A stretch of 64,000 nt of DNA, from assembly GCA_000320545.1 (NCBI GenBank), contig ADNK01002664.1:62001-126000 (forward strand), written 5' to 3'. How positions within the stretch are numbered: position 1 is the first letter of the stretch; each line of letters opens with the position of its first letter. The notes under the pieces are model-generated. The model was not told the DNA's origin, made no database searches, and saw only the letters and a list, made by a program, of their open reading frames with translations. The translations under genes and the position numbers were made by a program. This DNA comes from Bigelowiella natans CCMP2755 (taxonomy: Eukaryota; Protista; Cercozoa). Of this stretch, positions 1 through 13,544 are shown one piece after another.

Positions 1-1260
1 TATTTGCTCAGACGGATGCAATGAAGTCATTAAATCTTTTCAATGGCCATCCTAGTGTAGCTATGCAAAGCAGCGGCTATGGCGCTTATGTCGTATCTGT
101 TTGTCTCTGCTGTTATGTGCTTCATGATTTGAAAGCACCCACATCCTCTCGTCTATGTCGCGCAGTTTGTGTTGTAGTTTCGTCTCGTTATTTCGATTCA
201 TGATGGTATTCAATTGGTTTCGCAATCTGAGCTGTTGGTGTTCGTGTGCTACGTGTTACTTGCATAGCGCAACAACAATGTACGTGTGCATGATGGTCAT
301 GTGCTGGCTACGCTACCTGCACTCCTGCACCACACCGCCATGAATCCACCACGCATCGCTGCCTGCTAGCAATGGTGCCGCAAAGTGTCAGCACAATCGT
401 AGCTGAATCCAAACCTTTGTCATGCTGCATGTGGATCTAGGCATGCTAGCTATTATGTATGACATGATCAATCGAGTGCGCACACTAGTTTATAAGCTAG
501 CTAGCACCACCAGAGCACATGCGCTAGCAGCGCATCGCATGTGTACACAACATGCGTCGTCTCATCGCCACTACATCGCGGCCGATCCGCGGGCGGAACT
601 GTAGAACAGCCGCTGCGATGCGACGACAGCATGTGCAACTACGTTCGTGTGTACGTACGGCTAGACGGTGACAGCAAGCTAGCAAGACAAATGCCATTGA
701 TCAATTGAATTTGATCAATGGTCATCCTTGTATGTGTAACCCATGCAATGCAGCGGCTACGCATAGCGCAAATGTTGAACTAGTGTGCGTGCATGTAGCG
801 CATGTTGTAGTGAATAGCGACAGCGTGCCCGTCGTTTGCAAACAAACTGCAGAAAATGAGTGATCGATGCATAAGATCGAGCATGCATGCATACTATGGC
901 TAGCTACTAGCTAGCTAGCTCTTGACAAGAGCTGGCTGCATATATCGCGATCAGTCGATCTTGCTAGCTTGTGGCGCATTGCACATGTAAGCAACAGATA
1001 CGACATGTGCCGCATATGTATACTAGCGACTGTGCATCGCACTGCGCATGCAACCAGCTACCAGCTATACTGCACGCTAGCTAGCTTTCTAGAGCTGTAA
1101 GCAGGCAGGTTCTAGCTGGTAAATGAACTTGCTGTGTGCAGCTCGCGGAGGCGCTAATATTAGAGTGCAATGTAGTGTTTTGTGTCATCACATCTAGTCT
1201 CTTCATATGAGTTTGATGTTGCACGCACGTACAAACATTAGGGGCAATGCAATCATCTAG
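1..1260. repeat. Degenerate repeat-derived intergenic DNA, rich in CA/TG and GCTAGC
   Basis: No credible ORF. Internal direct repeats (caatgg.catcct...atgca..gcagcggcta at ~41-79 and ~716-760; gcatagcgcaa at ~262 and ~762). Inverted repeats (cgcacactagtt 479-490 / aactagtgtgcg 778-789; ccattgatcaa 694-704 / ttgatcaatgg 711-721). Many CTAG/GCTAGC runs. Confidence 0.5.
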
Positions 1261-1545
1261 TAATGGGAGAAAATTATGTGATGTGCATTAGTAGTAGAAG
1301 TAGTAGAACTTGATAAATGTGTAAAACTATCAAATGAATTTTAACAACAGTTTCAAAGCTTCCAGAGTCTTTTTTTCCGCCAAAGATGTTCCAGATTTCT
1401 CAAGCTATAGTCATTACCATGATCATTGAAATCATAGATTTTAGAAGTTGAATCTCTCTCTTCCAATTATACTCACCGTGTATCCACAAGCCGGATTTCC
1501 TTCTCGTCGTTATCACTTTCTCAAAACTATTGTATATCTTCATAA

Positions 1546-2262
1546 TTAACCAATAACGAGCATGGTATCGCTTTGGAAGGTATACTTAGGAACTTCCAAA
1601 TTGAGCGGCGCAGGGCCCTTACGAATTCGGCCCGAGATATCGTAGTGAGATCCATGGCAAGGGCAAAAGTAACCTCCAAATGCTCCTGCATTTGGAATTG
1701 GCACACAACCCAGATGCGTGCAAACTCCAAGGACCACCAACCACTCTGGCTTCTCAACTCTCACAGAATCCTCCTCAGGGTCACGAAGCTCCGAAATGTT
1801 CACTGCATTTGCTTCATCAATCTGTTCCTGCGATCGTCGTAGAACGAAAACAGGCTTTCCACGAAACTTGACGGTAACGTTGCGTCCAACCTCAATGCCC
1901 GACAGATCTACCTCAGTGTTGGAGAGAGCCAAGACATCAGCAGAAGCAGACAAAGAAGAAACGATTTTTATCACTGCAAGTCGTGCAGCAGACGCGTAAA
2001 AAACCCGACCAACTCCAGATACAAAATAGACAAAGTTGCGTTGGGATTTATCAGCAGGTTCTGCAGAAGGAAGCTGGTAGCTCTTGAAGTAGTCGTCTTT
2101 GCTAGTGAAAGTTTCAGCTTCTTCGTGTGAAACTAATTCCTTCCCCTCCCTTGCTGCAACAACAGGAATCTGAGCGAAACTTCTCTTGATGCCTACGGAC
2201 TGGAGAGAAGGCAAGCTAAACTTGCGCCCCACTCTGAGGCTTCTTGCAAGGCGGGGTAGCAT
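1546..2262 (-). CDS. UQCRFS1: Mitochondrial cytochrome bc1 complex Rieske iron-sulfur subunit (intronless)
   Basis: Rieske 2Fe-2S motifs CTHLGC and CPCHGS, plus [15 protein letters not shown] and the SASADVLAL hinge. Arg/Ser-rich presequence [16 protein letters not shown]. The ORF track starts at a GTG (2292); the first in-frame ATG is at 2262. Confidence 0.97.
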   Translation of the reverse strand: MLPRLARSLRVGRKFSLPSLQSVGIKRSFAQIPVVAAREGKELVSHEEAETFTSKDDYFKSYQLPSAEPADKSQRNFVYFVSGVGRVFYASAARLAVIKIVSSLSASADVLALSNTEVDLSGIEVGRNVTVKFRGKPVFVLRRSQEQIDEANAVNISELRDPEEDSVRVEKPEWLVVLGVCTHLGCVPIPNAGAFGGYFCPCHGSHYDISGRIRKGPAPLNLEVPKYTFQSDTMLVIG

Positions 2263-2606
2263 GGTTAAGGGGGTGGGGAGGATACGATGCACGCAGAAAA
2301 CTAAGAAAATCAGCCGATTTATTAAATTGACCGAAATCTTCTAAATTTCACGCCGTGTGATGTATTAAGAGCATTGTCGTATATAAGTAAACCATGCGAA
2401 ACGAGTCTGTCGCTTGTGAATGTTTGATCGGACATTCTCTGAAAGCGTATACACCATTCCTTAAATATTGCGCAGCTGGCCACCGTTCGATGTTCACCGC
2501 ATAAAAACGTTACCGGCCAATTAATAGTAAACGCCCTGCATTTCAAACGAGTTTGTGAAGATAAAAAATAAAAATTTAGATACGATATTTAGATATTTGT
2601 CGTAAT

Positions 2607-4646
2607 ATGAAAATGGCCTTGAACTTTCCACTCGAACAAATGGAGATGGAGGGCAGCCAACGAGCACCGAGGCGGGTGGCAGATGAAAAGGAGCAATCCA
2701 TTGTAAAGGCAGCAGCCGATCTTCCACCCCACGATGGAAGCATTTACAGCCGTGGGAAGAATCCATACACACCCTCGTCCGACCCGCGCATGGATCCAAG
2801 GCTCCGGAAATTTCTAGATGATCTTAACGAGGTGGAATCAAAACATGCTCATTTCTGCTGATGCTCATTCAATAAATACTTAGAAAAACGAGGAAGAGAA
2901 GGACGATCCAATCTCTAATGTAAGATCGTAACAATCATATTACTCACCAGTCGTACATAAAAACGGATCGATTTTCATGAACGACGACTCCGACAACAAC
3001 AACACAAAGGCTCCGACTGGCTGTTCACGTGAGCAGACGATGCAGCGTTTGAAGTATTTGGAAGAAATATTTAAGGCTGGAAATGCTTCTAAGGCTGGTG
3101 ACTGGAAAAATGATGACGGTATTAGATAAAGCAAGGGTTCGTTAGAGAAAGAGAGTTGACTAGCGACTTCTCCTCCTCCTCCTTCTCCTCCTCCCCCTCC
3201 TCCTCCTGCATAGTTCCATTCTCTTTCTCAGATGAGAATATTTACGTGCCTCCTTCCACCCCCGCCAACCCTCCTTTTTCACGCTCCCCCCCTGCGATAT
3301 GTTCTTTACAATGAAGGGGTTAAGTCCGAGCTTGTGGTAATTCCGGGAATTGATGGAAACAATATCAAGGCCACAGTCTATGAACCGAGCATGGATTGCG
3401 GCGATGAAATCATTGTCGGCAGCACAATTGTTTGGTTTCACGGAGGGGGTATGGCAATTGCATCTAGCTTCGACCCGACACGAGTTCGAATAGGTAGTAG
3501 TTAGATGCTCGGCATCTGGACCAAAAATATCCATTCGATGGTTTCATAGTTAATTGCAGACAATGTATGGAATTGTAGGGAAGGAGTTAGCACGACTAGG
3601 TGTGAGAGTTATCCTGCCAGAATTTCGCAATAGTGTGGATGGCCATGTATTCCCTGCAGCCCTCCACGACTGCTACAGCACGGGTACTGCATATAGTAGC
3701 GACGATGGTGATGATGATGATGACGACGATTATGGTGATGATGATGATGATATGGTGGTGGCAAGAAGGAGAAGGCGGTGGTGGAGATATAACGTAGTGG
3801 CGATATGGTCAGGAGAATCTTATATTCGTCGAATAATTTGATGTTGTTCTAGTGGTATGGGCAAGCACACGATATAATGAATCGGTTCTAGTCTCTGGAG
3901 AATCAGGGGGGGGGAATTTGGCAATCGCAACATGTCTGCTGGCCAAGAAAAAAAAGAATATCAGGATCATCAAAGGGTGCTACGCATTATGCCCCTTCAT
4001 CTGTGGAAGCTATCCGTCCTCTGCCTTCCCTTCTATAGCCTACTATCAGAATTATCTCTGTTCTATTAGCTTTTTATCAGACTGTGCACGTCTTTACACA
4101 GCAGACGATGATGCTGACGCTGCTACGTCCTCTCTGGCATGGCCATCATATGCCACGATAGAGGAGCTCAAAGATCTTCCTCCGACGCTCATTCACATCA
4201 ATGAGCTCGATCTTCTTTACGATGAAGGTGTGCAATTTTACCGTAGCTTGCTAGCAGCAGGAAACAAGGGAGCAAGGATGAATGTGGTTGGAGGCACCTT
4301 TCACGCAGCAGACACATTTAGTGGTCTTATGGAGGACATAGCTCATGCAACACGAGTAAGTGTAGTTCAATTTGCTCTTGAGTGCACTAGCGACGGTGGT
4401 AGTAGTAGTGATGATGGAGAACAAAGCAGCAGTAGTAATAGTAATACGTTATGCATGGGAGTCAAGAAGAGTACCAAACCATCTTCTGGTAATCTGTCCT
4501 GCCCCCTCCCCTTAAACTGGGCACTTGTCACCAGTTTCGGATTTGGGGTCATTATAGGCGGAGTCGGGGGTTTGATGTATGGAGTTTTTCATGGTATGCA
4601 TGTTACATTTGAGGCATTTCTACCGCAACCAACTAAAAAAAACTAA
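2607..4646 (+). CDS. Alpha/beta hydrolase, hormone-sensitive-lipase-like (Abhydrolase_3) esterase, multi-exon, with C-terminal hydrophobic segment
   Basis: Exons give IVWFHGGG (oxyanion motif, ~3430-3450), FPAALHDCYST, SGESGGGNLA (nucleophile Ser), ELDLLYDEG (acid) and GGTFHA (His). A C-terminal stretch WALVTSFGFGVIIGGVGGLMYGVF follows. 5' exon boundaries are approximate. Confidence 0.9.
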
Positions 4647-5148
4647 CAGGATCAAAACGACAATGACATTCCATGCACTTACTATATCACGCATCGTCTC
4701 GCGGCACGGAACACAGAAGTGTTACTAGCGTAGTGCATGCTATTAGCTATAGTCTACGATTGGAGCTAGACGGTAAGCTAGTAAGGCGCCTTTATTGCTG
4801 CTACATTCTATAAATATCTAGAATATGGGATTCCGCTGCAACACTGGACAAAGCTACGTACCGCATACACCCGTACGTAATGTCGTCCGCCTCCGCAGGA
4901 CAAGGATTGCGCAACCAATGAAAATATGCGCTACTTGCTATTGTTGGTATGTGCTCTACGAATAATACGACAGTGGTGCAAAGACAAGTTGACAACAAAC
5001 ACAGCGCACGTGCACCACCACAATGCAATTGCTTTGATGTATACAAATCGCAAACGAATACTTTCGTACGAGAAGAACTTAGGTACATTCGTTAATAACG
5101 CCGTTCTTGCCACAATATGTTTCTGCACACGCTTATATGCAATAACAG

Positions 5149-7357
5149 CTACAATTGTGCCCTTCGTATAGCCTCTGCAACACGCACCTGCTTGCCGAAC
5201 AAGGACAATTCAAAATAGGAAACAATGGGAGCGAAAACAACGATTGTGTGCTGTGCTCATGTGTCAATTTTAAGATAGTTAGGTATTCACCGAATCATCA
5301 TATATTCAATCATAGCATAGAACGGCGGTTTTTTTTTTCCTACAAACTTGGCCATAATCTGATTCTTTACCCCATCAACAGCAGCGCTGACGATACCACC
5401 AGCATAGCCCTGGAAATGGTGTTACAAGATTATTCATAGATGATTCATATATTTAGTCTGCACAGAGTCATCATTATTACCATCGTCGTTGTCATCCACA
5501 CCACTATCATACAATAACAGACACAACATAGGTATACAATATACATTCACTTCACGCATTAATTTCTGCAAGTACCGCGCCCTCTCCAGCAGCAAATAAC
5601 GTGTGTATAAATGGGGAAACAGAGCAGCTCTCTGGAGAGCTGCGGTGTAATCATATCAATTATGAAGCTTCGTTCGCATCCATTCACGATGCATGCAAAA
5701 TCAAACTGTAGAAAGAAAGAAAGACGCGTCTACAATCAACAACGTGCTTCGCTCCACAAATATAAGGTTTACCATACTACTGCCCTAGTTATTGCTTGTG
5801 TTACATTCGTGATATATGTATTGTGCTTGTGTGTGTAATTAGATAGATATGTGCAAAGATTGCTCCATCGTCGTTGCTCTTGCTACTACCGCTTTATCCG
5901 GACGGCAGAGGAAGTGCGTGTTTCAACACCATGAAGAACCTGAGAATGAATAGCATTTACAGAATGGATCATCACCCATGCAACTACTAAATTACTGAAA
6001 GTAATAACGATGCAGTTTATAGTAATTGTGATATTGCTGATGATAATTAACGACATTTCTGATTGTATACAACAAGAAGAAAATCAGCAGCATATACTAA
6101 CTAAAATATCTTTTCAAATATATACATTTTTGTTTGCATTTTCATAATTAATTAAACATCCTAGTCGTCTAACAATTTACATGCTACTAACCGCATTGTC
6201 AGAGATAAATCCTGGCAGTTTTTTCTCAAAAGAAAGAAGGCTTTCGAATCGGGGAAAACAATTAATTAGTAAACATAATGTTGCAGCAGCAGCAGCATGC
6301 ATGCATGTGTGTGTGTGTGTGTGTGTGTTTGTGTGTGTTTGTGTTTGTGTGCTTCAGTGGATTGAGTAATGAGAATAATGGAGGTAACAAATCTCAATGG
6401 CGGGTGGTTGGGAGGATGGTGGCCGTGTACTACTACATTGTCCCACTTCCTCCTCCCATTCCTCCTCCTTGCCGTTGTTTTAACAAGCATAGAAACGTTG
6501 CTTGATGACTACCTTTTCCTAATCCGCTCAATGACTTGAGGAGGGTACAGCGTTTTCACATCGAAGTGTCTAGGAAGAAAAAAGAAGATTATAAACAACC
6601 ACGTATCATATATTCATCATCATCATCATCATCATCATCATCTGTTTTTGTTTATTTGTTATTCCTTATCCCGTTCTCAACTACCTAATGCCCATTCTAT
6701 AGGAAGACTTTGGTAGTTCCTTGACCTGATGTGAAATAGAAGTAAAGTAACCCACATAAACACCACCCAACCGACCAAAGCAGCCACAAAGAAATGACGA
6801 TGATCCTACTGCCAACAAATATTTTTTTCTATACCTTTCGAATCATAGATATATAGGAGAAGTACAAACAATATCTCTCTAACATTCTATACTTTAATAA
6901 ATAATTATATCAATACCATACTTATATTTGACAAATATATAGCCCTCTATCTCCTTTTACTACCTTAGAATCAAACTTATCATCGAGAAAATCGGTTAGA
7001 ACTTGGGCAGGGCTAACCAGTTTACCCCCCCCTGCAATCTGATGGTTACAGCAATAGCGTAAGAAAGACAAGAAGAACATGGTGATGATGAGTGATATAT
7101 AGTACCGCAGCTTTTCTTTCTATATTTCTTTGCCATTCCAATCCAGCCAACACACCATCACCTGTGTGGATATGTTACAACAAGCAGCATATGATTACAC
7201 CTTATCAATGTTCTTCTTCCTCTTCTTTTTGTATCTCATGCCTACTTACTATAACCTACCGTCAAATTCGGTGATGGGAATAGTAGTAACAAGTGCTGCA
7301 TTTGCAAATTGTGATTGACGACTGATTGAATATATGAGAAGGAGGAGGAAGCAATAT

Positions 7358-7390
<33 letters not shown>

Positions 7391-7888
7391 CTCCTTTCTC
7401 TCTCTACATCTATCATAAATACATTGATTCATAAATAATTTCTGGCTACTGGTACTGGTACTACTTTTACTACTTCTACAACTACTAGCACTTGTACTAC
7501 CGACTAAAGCTCATGCCGTTGATACACAACTCATCCTCTACAATAGACGTTGGGACAATCTAATAATAGCATGGTGGTAAATGATTATGATGATGATGAC
7601 GATGGTGGTGATGGTGACAGTATTCTTTGGAGAAGAAGAGGAGGAGAAGAAGAGGAGGAGAAGAAGAGGAGGAGAAGAAGAGGAGGAGGAGGAGGAGGGG
7701 GAGGAGGAGCACTTTAGAAAATATAAGGAGGATAACTGTATACAACACAATAATTCACCCACAACAGCACCAAACGACAATGTCAGCATCGTTGGCCAAC
7801 ACCAACATACTACTACTAGTAGTAGTCTGCAGAATTATGTTCTTTCCGCCATCTCTCTTTCTCTCTCTCCCTCTTTCTCAATAGTAGA

Positions 7889-7920
<32 letters not shown>

Positions 7921-8007
7921 TAACTACTACTACCTGTCCTCCTGGGCACATGCAAAACGAATACACTGGAGGGTCTTTTGATGCCAGCTACCAATACAAA
8001 CAATTAA

Positions 8008-8053
<46 letters not shown>

Positions 8054-9382
8054 ACACACACAAACACACACACACACACACTATAATGTAAAAACCTTGT
8101 AATCAGAGACTGGTATCTTATCTGTCCGCTTCGGGCCTTATTGTTGTTATTATTTGACAACGATGATGATGATGGGGATGATGATGAGAGGAGGAGGAGG
8201 ATGATGATGATCATGACCATAAGAAAAGGAAAAACAATAAGAGATCCACAATATTTGTAATAATTGCCACGCATGCACGCACAAATATGTTATGCATTAC
8301 CTGCCATGGAAGCAAAGGCCTTATATTGTACCTAACATGACCAAACGATGGATTTAGCAGATATAACAATGGAAGAAGAAGAAGAAGATCTCCTAAAGTT
8401 CCAATGACGTTTCTTTGAGGAGTCTCTTCTTACATTGTTTCTATCTTTAATTAACCATCTTCATCATCATCACCATCACAATCATCATCATGGATAGAGT
8501 GTACTGGCAGTTTATGGTTATGGACCTCATTTATGAGCGACTGTGGATGTTCTACTCGAAATCCCTTGATTATATCATCAAAGGAAAGCAACCAACACAT
8601 GATGATCATCATGATGATCACGATGATGCTACTACCTCAAATACATAACCCTTGACATGTTCAATGCTCTTACCGCAGCAAATTCCTTCTGCTCCAGCTC
8701 TGCCCCTTTGTTGTTGTTGGGTATACATATGGTTATTATTACTATTATCTTATCCTAATATGTATACTTATATTGTTAGTATATTTGAAAGAAGTTAGTC
8801 TGTGAGCCTCTCCTCCCACCACCACCACCACCACCAGCACCACGTATGAACGACGTAGAGAACAAACAAACATCAGGCTATATGTAGCAATATCATACTC
8901 TCCGGCAGTTGTCATATGCAGTAGTGCACACAGCACTATTCTGGCTTACAATTAAGAGGATAGAACTGCCTTTACCTGCTGCTACTAACTAGTACCTATT
9001 TTTTCCATCTGCTCATATATCTCCCTTGAGCTATGTCCTGCAGCTACTATTACCTAATGTATCATCATAACAATTCTCAGCTCCTCCTCCTCCCGTTCCT
9101 TAAAACCACTATTTTGCTTTAAATAACTTCCATTGTGCTGCAACGTATGTTTTAGTATTAATAACGATCAAGTCAAGGAGAAACCTTATCGGAATGCAGT
9201 TTTCCCTTAATTCCAGAGTCCTTTTGTGATAACATTTGTTTGAAATGATGACATAATGGTGATTACGACTACTGCGACAGAAATAACCAGCGAAGCGGAG
9301 GTAAATAATAAATAATACGGAAAATATCATGATTAGGACAATGGCGAGGAGTCTAATGAGGCTGCTATTGATACGCACACAC

Positions 9383-9418
<36 letters not shown>

Positions 9419-10525
9419 CCTCTCACACACACAAATAGGCGAGTGATATCATGTAGTCAGGGCAAGAGTGAAACAGCTCTTACGATGAAAGTTAATACTG
9501 CAATACCTATTGTTTCTACGTTATGTATAACATTAGCAGCATATTATATGGTGGAAATCTATCGGAAATAAAGAGCATGGTGCACAATGAGATATGACCA
9601 CATCCTCTATCACTACGCCTGTGATCGCAGTGTCTTCAACCTATAAGAAGGAAGGAAGCAAGGAAGAACAAGTGAAGATTTAAGAGACAAACAGAAGTGT
9701 GAATGATGTTAATTGTACTGTTTAAGGGTGTAGCTGTAGTGTAACTCGTTGTGCTGTAAGTATGGTTACTATGCATCCTCATCAATATCATCAATCATCA
9801 CCAAGAATTCCTCCACTCGTTTTCCAAAATAAAAACGGACATTTCCACTCTCCTGCAGCAACAAACAGCATTGCTTTAAGAGTCAAGATGATGATGATGA
9901 TGACGATGACAATGTGTAGAATATAGTAGTGAATATCCAATGCCATTAGAACGGTGACGATACTGCAGGTACTACCAAGCAGCCGTATGCTCTATTTACT
10001 ACAACTACAACTACTACTAAGACTACCACTACAACTGTTACTGCTACGAAAACTAACTACTACCACTAATACTACCTCAAGTCTCTGCCTAAAATTGGCC
10101 AAAATCCTTACTAATCTGTCGGTGCCAAGGTGTGGCTTCCCATCAACCAAGATACGAGATGGAGCTCCAGCCTCCACCAGCTTATCATCATAATAAGTAA
10201 CAAAACATATGCAATGCATTGTCTTAGTTATTAATTCACAACACAACATATGGGGTATACCAATAATCAACAACAAATGCACGAATTTCTAACCCTTGAC
10301 TACCCACTCAATGAATTCTAATAAAAAACAAAAGGACATAAGATTAGAGTACATGTCCTCCTCCTCCTCCTCTATCTCCCTACTACTTACTCTCTCGAAG
10401 ACGAATCGAACGTAGTCCGTATTCCGTCCAATGTTAGTTGCCAGCTGATTTTATGTTAGGCGCAATTGTGTGTGTGTGTGTGAAAGACGACCTACATTGT
10501 TGATGAATGAAAGGATGACAAGAAA

Positions 10526-10560
<35 letters not shown>

Positions 10561-11552
10561 ATACCTTCCCATCTGACCAGGTTCCTGCCCCTCCCTCTCC
10601 ATAACAACTATTATTTGAAGTATTGATCGTTTGTAAGGGCAATGGAGATATTAGATGGCCACGATCTCAAAGTAAACGGCATGATCATCGTTGTCATTTT
10701 ATTCATATTTAAGTAGTAATCGTACAGATTCGAGTCTTTCGAGAGAATTCGTCGGTTTATGAGAGCACCAATGTCTTTGCCTCTGGAAACAGAGAACAAA
10801 GAGAGGAGGAGGACGACGATAGGGCAGGGAAAAATACATCGATAATCTTAGATAGCAAATAATGTTACAATGATGACGTTGATACTACTTTATGTGTAAT
10901 TTTTTTGTGCAAAAATGAGTGCTTTAATAATACATCAATATCTCACTATTGACATTTAATGACAGCACTTCGTCATGTGCAGTGTAAAGGGGGGGGGGGG
11001 GGCAATCTAGAATAGAGATGAGAGTAGAAATACGATGCAAATGTGCTATAATTGCAGTAGCAGCAGCAACAGCATTAGTAGATGAGTAATCACACCGATC
11101 TCCAACAGCCTTTCCCCTCTCTACAATGTTGATCTTGTAGTTTCTCAATAATTTGTGTGATGGAGAGGAGGTGCGTGAAACAAGCCACTTTTCGGCCAAA
11201 GTTAGAGCTGCAAACAAGCTAGTAACATTGAAAATATAGTGGTAGCAGTATAAATATAATATCACACAACACAACAATATCTCCTGTGGTAAAATATAAT
11301 AATCGCTCATTATAAGTTGGGAAACAACTGCTGGGAATGTGTCTGTCCCAAAACAGTGCATCGAAGGGCATGATAAAGCTGTTTCTGTTATCGTCGTCGT
11401 CGTCGTTGTTGCTGATGTTGTTATCGTAGTATTTGTGAGATAAACATAATTTATGATGTATAATAATCTCAAAAGTTATCCTCGAGTAATAGTGCCAATG
11501 TATGAATAAATGACTAAATAAGCTGAGGCGTATGGTGGTAAAACTACTCATT

Positions 11553-11589
<37 letters not shown>

Positions 11590-11797
11590 AATTATCTTTT
11601 ATTCCTTCAACTCACCCACTAGGCCCAGAACCAACAATAGTAACAACAGTAGTGCTTGACGATGACGACGACGACGATGATGATGATGATGATAATCCGA
11701 GAGGAGGAGGAGAAGAGGAGGAGGAGGAGGAGGCGGTGGACAAGTTCTTCTGCTCAAGCTTACTACTGCGACTACTACTACTTCTACCACCGACGAG

Positions 11798-11831
<34 letters not shown>

Positions 11832-13544
11832 TCACTGGTTGCCAAATCCTCATGATTATTGTCACTAATACTGCTGCTGCTGCTACTACTACTGCTGCTA
11901 CTACTAGCGGTTAGTTGTAGTTCCCTCATTATCATTTCTGTGCTAAGTCTCTCTGCCTTTTGCCGGGCTTTGGGAGCCAAAATACGTCCGGAGAGAACCA
12001 AATCCAAGATTTTTTTCTTCGCTTTCAGATCGAGTCCCTGGTGGTAGCAGTAGTAGTAGTAGTAGAAGTAGTAATAGCAGCAGTAGTAGCAGTAGTGAAA
12101 TTAATAATAAGAATAGTAGTGATACATATTATACCAATATCAATGTGTGTGGGTACGAACATCGAGAAACTTACTTGTAGGTTATCAATATACTGTTACT
12201 AACAGGTAGTATTAATTTATAATTAACGAATTATTACCTGCAGGACGTTGTCTGTAAGAAACAAATCCACGATGTAGCTGAAACAAGGATCCTTCTTGGC
12301 TGTTATGGATGACCAAGCACATTAAGTATTATATCATTTATGAGTGCAGGAGAGACTAGAAAGTCTATAAGAATTTCCACTCAACTCTGTCTAGCGTCAA
12401 ATGATTTCCGTACTATCTCTAGGCTTTTCGCCTAAATATGATGTATTTGTGGCAGTAGCACTTTCTTTTAGAATAAAGACAAACGAAGCGAGGCAAAATC
12501 CAAAACAATTACAAGACAAAATGTTGAAAAACAGATTGGGCCTTATCATGCCCCCAACAATATGATAAAACTATGATGAGAAGGAGAGGTCACTGCTACT
12601 GTAGTACTACTTCTAACATAGCTACCGGGAATTCGTATGATCTTGGCAAGCTGAGCTTGCGACGTATCTCTTTCTCTAAAGAGCTTGATAACTAAAGCAT
12701 TGTAGTACCAACACAGTCGATGATGATGAAGATGATGATGAAGATGCAAATATCATGAAGCAGGCATTGCTATTTCTGCTGCTGCTGCTGAGCAGCGATT
12801 CCTCTTCTTCCTTAATGTACTAATTAACTGAATTAATGAGTAGTACCCCTACATCCTCCTTCCCGGGATCCTTTCCAACAGGAATATTCACGTTCGCAAT
12901 TCTAAAATTGTTGCAATATTATGATTCAACACATTGTGGACGTGGGCGTGACTTGCACATTTACGCATATAACCATATATATTTTATATAATTAGATTTC
13001 TTCTTATTACTACCGTATGACATGTGGCAGATGGTCTATGCCGTATCTATCTTCATTTCCCTTCGTTTGAGCCTTAGAAGGAAAGATTCTCCCAAAATGC
13101 TGGCTCCTTCTTCTTATTGGATCACTTTGAATAGCACCACCACCAAGTGATCTACAATGGACACCAGCGGCTGTTTCGATACGCCATACTTAGAACAAAA
13201 ATAACCCACACAACAATTTCTGTATCCTAAGAAGGATAACTTCAACTCTAAATTACCTGTTGAGAAACATTTTGTTGGTTTCATTATTCTTTTGTAGATC
13301 TTGCGCGAGGGAGGAGGAGGTGGTGATAAAGAAGGAGAAGATGGCATGAAGTTGTAGGGGTTGTAGTAGTTTGCCACTGATGATTGAAGATGATTCTCTC
13401 CTGCCGCTGACAGTATAGTTCGATCGAATATTCCTGACTCTTTCAGAAGGAATATAGAGAGCAGCGGAAGCAACACGGTAATCTTGAAAACCTGATCAAA
13501 CAGTCGTACATATTTCCGACACGAACGTAAGTAAGCAACCCCAT
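5149..13544 (-). CDS. FAD-dependent oxidoreductase (uncharacterised NAD/FAD dehydrogenase family, plant PDE327/At4g30720-like), many exons, probable plastid leader
   Basis: Minus-strand exons in order encode RIANVNIPVGKDPGKE, TIVGSGPSG-LFAALTLAE (Rossmann fold), IVERGKAVGDR, GKDIGALINRR, CYGEGGAGTWSDGK, GAPSRILVDGKPHLGTDRLVRIL, GFRVEHPQSLIN, SFCMCPGGQ, NGMSFSR, GVETRTSSAVRI, GYAGGIVSAAVDG|VRVAEAIRRAQL* (stop 5149-5151). Start is inferred as MGLLTY|VFKITVLLPLLSIFLL. Confidence 0.9.
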
